A stretch of DNA of 64,000 nucleotides, taken from positions 33,529,553 to 33,593,552 of the forward strand of contig NC_068981.1 of assembly GCF_001194135.2 (NCBI RefSeq). Reading direction: 5' to 3'. The stretch is from Octopus bimaculoides. Taxonomy: Eukaryota. Shown one piece after another: positions 41,901 through 50,800 of the stretch. Every line of letters starts with the position of its first letter. Positions within the stretch are counted from its first letter, which is position 1. Position numbers and translations under genes: made by a program. Under the pieces are notes generated by a model that worked only from the letters and a program-made list of their open reading frames with translations, ran no database searches and was not told the origin of the DNA.

Positions 41901-44900
41901 ATGTTTGCAGAAGCATGAAAGAGGCATGGCAGATTAACAGTTACATGTTAATGTTATGAAACCTTACTCTAATTAAAATATCAGGTCATCCCATAAGTTC
42001 TGTCTGAATTTTGAATAAAGAAAACAAGTGATCAAATGTTATATTTAATTGAAATTTAATCATCAATGTACTTTCCCTGATTATCTATGACTTCCTTCCA
42101 TCTATTTACAAGTTTTTTAATCCCATCAATGTAAAACTCTTTTGGTTTCAAAGCAAAGAACTCTGAAATGTCAGTTTCGACCTCCTCCTGGCTTGCGAAA
42201 GTTATGTCCTCCAAATGATTCTGTAAACTACGAAACAAATGGTAGTCTGATTTGACTGCTCCTGTCAAACTGTCCAACCCATGCCAGCATAGAAAAATGG
42301 ATGGATGTTAAATAATAATGATAATGAGTAAATGCCATTTAATTTGAAAATGTCTAAACTGAATGACCTTGAATATTTTAAATTCATTCCTTCAACAATC
42401 ATTGACAGAAGACAAAGAAAACAGTATCAGCTTATGTAGAGGTTACAATTTCACAGAGTAAAAATTTAATGCAACATGGTATGCTCTGAAAACTACGTTG
42501 TTGGTAACTTATCCAAGGCAGTGGGTCAGAACCAATACACATTTCAATTTGCATACACCTTTCAATTCAATACTTCTTTGCAGACTATGTTCTTCATGTA
42601 AGTTCTCCCTCTTCTTTCCCCTTGTTTGTCAATGTTGATGGCTTTAACTCTCACATCAGATAATTTGCAAGTCCTTGAGAATGCAACATATAGCTGTCCA
42701 TGGCTGAATACGCGTTCAAGCAAGAACAACCCCACTTTATCAAATAACTGCCCTTGTAGTTTGTTGATAGTCATTGCAAATGACAGGCAAACGGGAAACT
42801 AGTTTCTTTCTAAAGTGAATGGCAACTTTGGGATGTGCATGCATTAAGTAATATGTGATAAAAAAAAATTTAGTCTAATCAAAAAAAAAAAAAACTTTTC
42901 ACTATGCACTCACCATTGCCACCTCCACCACCACCACCACTATCATCATCTCTCTTTCTCTGCCTTTCTTTAATCTCGCCATCCAAACATCACCCCTCTG
43001 CTAAAATTATATTCCTAACTCTCCTCTATATCATTACCTTCAACTAACTTTTTTAACCAAGTAATAAATATTATGTTCCCCCTACCATGTCATGGATGCT
43101 TCTCTCTCCCTAATTTTCTTTCGCTCTTTTTCTCTAATCATGTGAAAGCATTACCAACAGGCTAAGTAACATAATAACAACTGGAATTATTGTCTGGGTT
43201 GATGACATAATGCTATAAGTAAGTTTTAAACTCTTGACTATGTAATTAAAAGTTCAACACCTAAAGTGACCACCCCTGTGTTTTTTTTTTAAAAAAAGAA
43301 TCATCTGGTTGAGCTTTCTTGGATTAATCTTTCATTGGCTAATAATATCTACGCTTTGCAAACTTGGTGATCCTGGCCGTTTACTGTGTTGTATGGGTAG
43401 TACTATTGGCCAGTGGATGACTCTTTCACATAAAATTACACATCTATCATACTGCTTCCCATGGCTTCACCTGTAATCCCAGACTAAGTGGTTATCAGGT
43501 GCTATCCCTTACCGAAAGACAACTCCTGTTAAGTCTAGGAAAACGTATTTCCATACTTGCCTCTAATCCTGTTATCTAGAGGCCATTCTCCTATCAGTTA
43601 CCTTGGGGTCAGAGAGGAGTTCTCTCTCCTGATCCAATTAAAAAAAAAATTAAATTTTTTTTTTTTATGGATAAGCTGTAACTGAGATATATCTCTGAAT
43701 GATGTACAACATCACCTAGCTAGAAGATAGCTAGCTTTCACATTAAAGCCTCAGGTGGTATTTGGATAGGTATTGTTCCTAAAATCACCAATTAACCCTT
43801 TTGGTACAAATCCTTCTGAAACCACACCCTAGTTCTCTGATACAAATTTTTTGTTTCAAAAAAATCTTATTGAAAACCTACTAAATATCATGTAAATTTA
43901 TTTACACTCCAAATACCAGCTAAAGACTGATAAAGTCATTTTATTAAATTCTTTATAATTTTCAAAATATATTAAAATAAAGGCAGTGTATTTCAACAGA
44001 AGTGTAGCGAGAAAAGAATTAGTTCTTTAACCCATTCACTACCACATTTCTAATGAAATACTGCCTTTGTTTCAATTAATTTTGAAAATAACGAATTTAG
44101 TAAAATGACTTTGATGTTATTAATTTGGTGTTTAGAACAGTGGTTCCCAAACTTTTTAGAGATGCGACCCACTTAACTCTACTGGGTTAAAAACTATTTA
44201 TATTAAATTTGAAACAAAACGTTTTATAACTGTTTCAACGTCTCCATACCCTATGGGCAGGTATTAACTCTAATACAAAACCTCCAAGCAGTAACTGTTA
44301 TCGGCTCGATCAGTGTTGTACTGCGCCTAGTTAAAGTTCTTTATAAATAGGTAAAAACAGACTTTTCCTTTTTACGATTATGTACGAATAAATAACTTCA
44401 GAAAATGACCACCTCTGATTTGTTAACTTCGTGAAAAAAGCCTACTGCTTGATAAAACAACCAGTCTGGTATTGAAAACATGAGTCTTGAACTATCTCAA
44501 TAGACAGCAGTTAATCANNNNNNNNNNTGAGTCTTGAACTATCTCAATAGACAGCAGTTAATCAAAGCTAATGCATAATTTTATAACTTTTTGCGACCCA
44601 CTAGGATTCCGTTCGCGACCCATCCGTGGGTCAAGACTATAGTTTGGGAACCACTGGTTTAGAACATAAATTAATATGAAGTTTTGATGGAAAGTTTTCA
44701 TGTAGATCACTTAAAAACAAGAAGTTTGTGTCATGGACCCAGATTTGCAAACTCAAGTTTGCTGGTATCAAAAGGTTAATATTCAAATTGACTTGATAAG
44801 ACAGCTTTCTCTTCAAACTTACCATATTCTGTTTGCAGAAAAATCCCTATATTTTGATGAGCTTCATAATTTTCATGTTTTTTGTTTTTGTTTTTTTTTC

Positions 44901-47850
44901 TTTGTACTTTTAGCTTGCCAAATCTTAGAATAAAAAACACCTTGTGATAAGTAATGAAAATTTAGCTTAGCTGCATCATCATATGTCTGCTTTCCATGCT
45001 GGCATGGGTTGAACAGATCATTATGGTTCTAGTCTTCTACAAACCAGATGGTACCAGCACTAGAGAGGTTATCATGTCCTTAGTTGGACTAAAAGATCCT
45101 CTTGTTCCTGCATTGTTTGTTTATTTGCCTGCAACTTTATAATGCGTACTGAGTGTATTTTCTTGTGAGAGCAACACTAACGAGGTTGCCTTGTTCCCTG
45201 AAAGGTTAAAGGATACCTTACTGTTCTATGTTGTATCCATTCAATTGTGATAGCTGCATGTTTGCTGATGAGAGATAGGTGTCAATGACAAAACACCTGG
45301 TGAAGAAGGAATGATAGCTAGCTGTACAAAAAGGTAATAGTGTATCAGTTAGTAACAAATCAGATTTAATTTCTCAATATACAAGCATCATGAGAGAGAG
45401 AGATAGAGTTACGGCGATCAGGTTAGTGATATGGGTTCAATACAGAAAAGTTGCTTATTACATCTCTTATTACATGACATGAGCAGCATGGTACTGTGAA
45501 TAGGAGAAAGGGCAAGAGAGATAAGAGGCTTCTCTATCACAGATAAATGAGACTATTCAATTGTAATTAAAACCAAAATTTGCAGGTTCACACTACTTAA
45601 ACTGCTATGAGAAATCAACCAATCACAAAAGGCAAAATAAAAAAGAAAAGATCTCACTTTGCAGGAGATTGTTCCCCCCTATTGCTTAACTTTCCCTTCA
45701 GCTGTAATAATTTCTGAAACAGTAATTAAGTCTTTGAGTCAGAGGGAAAGAAAATTTGGTAATTAGATTGATAATGCCGACCAAAAGACATTAGTAATAT
45801 AGATTCAAAATAGAATTTGTAACCAAAATCTAGGTTTCAAGATATATCTCACAGATCTCTGGATGTCATCAATAATGTTTCTTGAGTTTGGTGGGGTGGT
45901 CAGGTTTTTAACGTCGGAGGGCAGAGCATCTCATCCAGTTGACCCACCAGAAGTTGATCAAGTCCTCACTGGCATCCCAGTAGCAACAAAGCACTGATCT
46001 GCCCACTTTATCCAAAGCCAATTAGTGGCCTTCTCTGCACCTTCAGCAATGGAAGTTATGACCCTCCTCTCTGCTGTACCAATCAGAGCTTTGCAGAATG
46101 AATGCACCTACAAAACCCCTGCAGCCCACCGTAGTTGGTTTGCAACATGCCTTCTAATCCCATTTTCTGCACTGCTCTACCAGCCTCTGGTATATGGCAA
46201 GTTTCCTCTCGTGAGCTTCCATGTGTTCCTCCCAGGGCACAGTCAGTCTTCACGTGGCCACCTAACCTAAAACCCTACTGATGACCATTTTCTATACTCA
46301 GGTGTCATAGCCAATATTTGTAATTAGAACAATATTTGTAATCAGAACAATATTTTCATTATTGCTAACAATTCTAACATATACAAAATTTCCAAATATT
46401 TCAATGTTCTTGTATGACTGACTATGCTAATTCTAAAGCTTACACTATCCCTTCCATTTTATTTTTCACGTTATTTTCATTTTTTTCTCTCAGTGGCTCT
46501 CTATGCTGATAGGAAACATTCTCAATGCGCCTAAAAAAAATTACCTTCTTTTCGCTATTTGATTTTTCTTTTATTCTTTTACTTGTTTTAGTCATTTGAC
46601 TGGCCATGCTGGAGCACCACCTTGAAGGGTTTTAGTTGAACAAATCAACCCCAGGACTTATTTCTGAAGCCTAGTATTAATTCTTTTAGTCTGTTTTGCT
46701 GAACTGCTGAGTTACTAGGACGTAAACGCACCAACACTGATTGTCAAGTGGTGATAGGGGACAAACACAGACAGGCTTGTTTCAGTTTCCGTCTACCAAA
46801 TCCATTCACAAGGCTTTGGGCGACTCAAGGCTATAGTAGAAGACAATCCCAAGGTGTCACACAGTGGGACTGGACATGGAACTGTGTGGTTAGGAAACAA
46901 GATTCTTATCACACAGCCATGCTTGTGCCTTTATGTATTAATTTAATTATTAATAGTGATTCTAATGTATGCAAATTCTCCAAATATTTCAATGTCTATG
47001 AATGGTAGTCTCTTTAATGCCAGTGACATAATAAAATCCACCCAATCCACACTATGGTGTGTTTGGTGATATGAAAGCCAGCTAACTATAAAAGCCATGC
47101 CAAAGAAGAAGGAATAAAGGTGACATAGGGTAGTGGGGACTCTTAGTCTTGCTGGAGACAACTTCTCTAGTGTTAAGAGTACAAAAACTGCACCTTATCT
47201 GCTGTAGAATTCTTGGTATGATGACAGGCCCCTTAAAAACCATGCAGAAATATTGTTTTCTACTCTAGGCACAAGGCCCGAAATTTTGGGGGCAGGGGGC
47301 CAGTCGATTAGATCGACCCCAGTATGCAACTAGTACTTAATTTATCAACCCCAAAAGGTTGAAAGGCAAAGTTGACCTCAGTGGAATTTGAACTCAGAAT
47401 GTAAAGACTGACAAAATACTGCTGAGCATTTCGCCTGGCATGCTAACGTTTCTGCCAGCTTGCCACCATGCAGAAATATTAACACAGTAACAAAGATAGT
47501 GAACAAGTGACAAGACACTGCGTGACCTATCCAACCCACACCAACATTGGAAAAAATGGACATGATAGTTAAAACGATGTTCAAAATAAACCTTTAATGT
47601 TGCTTTATTTGTAAATATTTTAAGATATAGTTTATACACGATTTTAAAATGTAGAAGGTTGGTTAGTATGTTGCCTGTTTTTGTTTTTTTGTTTTTTTTT
47701 CATAGAACAAAGCTTTCTTTATGTTATGTGTTGTCTCTTTCATCTATTAAGTGGTCTCAGTCCTCCCCATTCAATGCTACACATGGGGAAATAGATGCTA
47801 AAGTATTATGGAACAATTCACAGGTTGTTAAAACATACAATGTTGCAAGG

Positions 47851-47883
<33 letters not shown>

Positions 47884-50800
47884 TGTCAAATGCTTTTGTT
47901 TCAGATCTGAATAGATGTTGAAATATTATTTACTTATTGGTATGACTTTTGTTCTTGTAGCAGCAGCACAGCAGAAACTGTGAGTGGAGACCAGAAGTAT
48001 GCGATAGATGTTTCGAAGGGAAGATTCCTATGTGTGAAGTAAGTAAAGAAAATTGTAATGGTGCAATGAATTTTTTTTTTTTTTTAACTTGTTTCAATGC
48101 AGTTTAATCCCTGTTGTTGTCAAATATCAAACTAGACAACTTTATACTCATCAGTTTGCTGTCTGAGTTCAATTCATACAAGCTAGTGTGGTTTGATTCA
48201 GATTGTAGAAAATCAGGAAATAGTTTACATTTAAATTGATAATACTAATGCAAAGCTGGTACAAGATGCATAACACAGCTTGCTTTCCATAAACTTGTCT
48301 GGATTTTCATATCATTGTTTCCATTGCCATGTTGTCACTACTTTGTTTCACAGACAGTTGTCCATTGCTCTTCTTAATTCCAAGGGAAATCATAATTATG
48401 ACAATGTTTTCAGTCACACAACTTAACAAAATTTCATATTAATTTGTAAATTATGTTTACCAGGTTCAGTTCTTAATGTTTAATTTCTTCATTATTCCAC
48501 TCTATTATTTCATTCTGCATTCAATATTCTTCCCTTTTATATTCAGTTCTACTCTGTTATAGTATAATATTGCTAAATTTATGTATAAGAAAGAGCTCAT
48601 ATTTCTATGAAATATTTGTCTAGGTTCACTAAGCATATGCATGATCACATTTGAATTTGAAGATTATTTTTAAAAGTATTGCTTTGGACTTATGCAGGTT
48701 TTAGATATATTTAATATGTATATAAAGAGATAGTTATATATCCTAGGGAGAAATCAAAATGAAATTCATAACAAATAATTTTCTTATTCATGCAAATGTA
48801 TAAACCTTAAAAAATCTCTAAATCAGTGATTCCTTTGGATTTACTGTCCTGTTGTTAAACTTATCACTTATTTACCTTGTTTATAAAATAAGATTCTAGT
48901 CTAAAATTAACCCAACTTTTGGATATACTCTAGGCATATGGCATTGTGGTTAGAGTGTTAGACTCACTGTCATAAGGTTGTAGATTTAGCTGAAAATAAG
49001 TACCAGTTAAGTACTATGCAGCCTTCTCCAACCATCATATCCTTGATGTCCAACTGGGTCAAAAGTGAGAAGGCCAAGATGGTGTCTCTGTCTACTCAAG
49101 ACCAAATAAACACTTAAAACAATTATTTATACATGCTGCCAAGTCATACTTGCTTCAAGGTGGTGGGTGTGGTTTTTGTCTCCTAACATAGAGTAGAAAA
49201 ATAACATATATTCTACTAAATAAAATATTAGATTCATTAAGATATAATGAGACAAAGAGTTGAGGCTATTCTTACACTTCTAATTTTCGGATCATAAATA
49301 GCATTATGTTGTTTTTTATGTGCATTTGTTAATTTAAAATTAACGAAAGTATTTAACTTTCAAAATCTCTGATTCATTATGAAGAATGGTCTTTAAAAAA
49401 TATCTACCCCTTGCACATATGGAAATGTATGTGTGAAAAATGAATCTGACTTAAAATTACTGTGATAAAAGTATAAATATATTATCTTGGCATTTTAGTA
49501 ACATGACCGAATTGAAGGAGCAACAATATCGTATGTGTTATTTAATTATGATGCATAGCTGTCATTAACTTTAACTTCATTTTACGTATTTACTAGATGG
49601 AGAACCATAAGAAAGATTGCCCCTATCCTGTTGATTGTCCTCTTAACTGCGGTGTAAAGGTTTGTATAGTTTACATTTATGATTGTCATATAACACAGAT
49701 TTATCATTTTAACTAGCATTTACATACAATGTAATGAAGCATTCAAACTGCTTTTTAACTTTATAGATTGTATTGTAAATACACACTCTATAGGTTGCAA
49801 TTATATTTTCAAAGTTTGTTTTGTTTTCCTTTACCATTATTTTGATTCTTCTGTCACTCTGCTGATAAAGTTGCTTTCTTTGGCTTCTGACAGAATTACA
49901 AACTAGTGCACAAATTTCTCATTTTTATTGTATAATTTCTGAGGTTGCATAATTTTAAAATCCAGAATGTATGAGGACATGTAACATGAAATGAAATTTT
50001 TACATATCTTGTGTTGTGTATCATAAATATATTTAAGTAATATTTCCACTAATATGATATAGATTTGTAAAGCATGATATTTAAATTGATAATTGTTTAA
50101 CTCAACTTCTTTTGTCAAAAGATTTTTGGGAGACATTTTGTTTAAAATATTGGGTTAGTGCATAACTAATGACCTTTTTTTTATTCTAAATTTATTCAAA
50201 AATAATACACCAAAATAAAATAAAACAGTTGTTAATTATGCACCAACCCAATATAATACCCACCATTTGAGAAAACAGTGCACTTATTAAAAATCTGAGA
50301 TGTGTAAGTTAAATAACAAAATAATAAAGATGGAGAGCTTCTTAGAATGCAAAAAGAGAAAGTTTAGTAACCTTTATATATTCCAGGCTTTCTTTACTCC
50401 ATTCATTTCTGATAATGGGCCTTTGTGTCTAAAATATAAAAGTTACTAAACTTTCCCTTTTAGCATTGTAAGACACTGTCTGTCTTCCTTATTTTGTTAT
50501 TTTACCTCTGTATCACAATGCTTCAAGCAAACTACAATAGTTTTCCTTCGTATATATATATATATATATATAATATAATATAAACTGAAGGAACAGAAGA
50601 GAGCCTTCAATTTATTTAATCCTTGTTGTGAATCTTTTTCTTCCTTTTATTAATTACACATTAACTTATTGAAGTAAAACACCAAACGTGTACATATTGT
50701 CGAAACTCTGTCTGTTGTATACCTATAGAAATTGTGTGATTTACAATTCATGTGACATGGTTTATATTTGCCACTGCAAGCACATTTGTTCATTGGTTTT

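Noticed and set aside
42056-42277. 73-aa ORF that could be a domesticated mariner-derived gene
   Set aside because: Chimeric: MDSLTGAVKS comes from an adjacent RTE tail and the rest is a transposase C-terminus without a catalytic core.
42562-42774. Possible host PIF1 helicase exon
   Set aside because: In-frame stop just upstream, no splice context, and the KNIV.KEVL ending is typical of Helitron helicases.
44481-44564. 37-bp direct repeat around a 10-N gap
   Set aside because: Typical overlap of unmerged contig ends, an assembly artefact.
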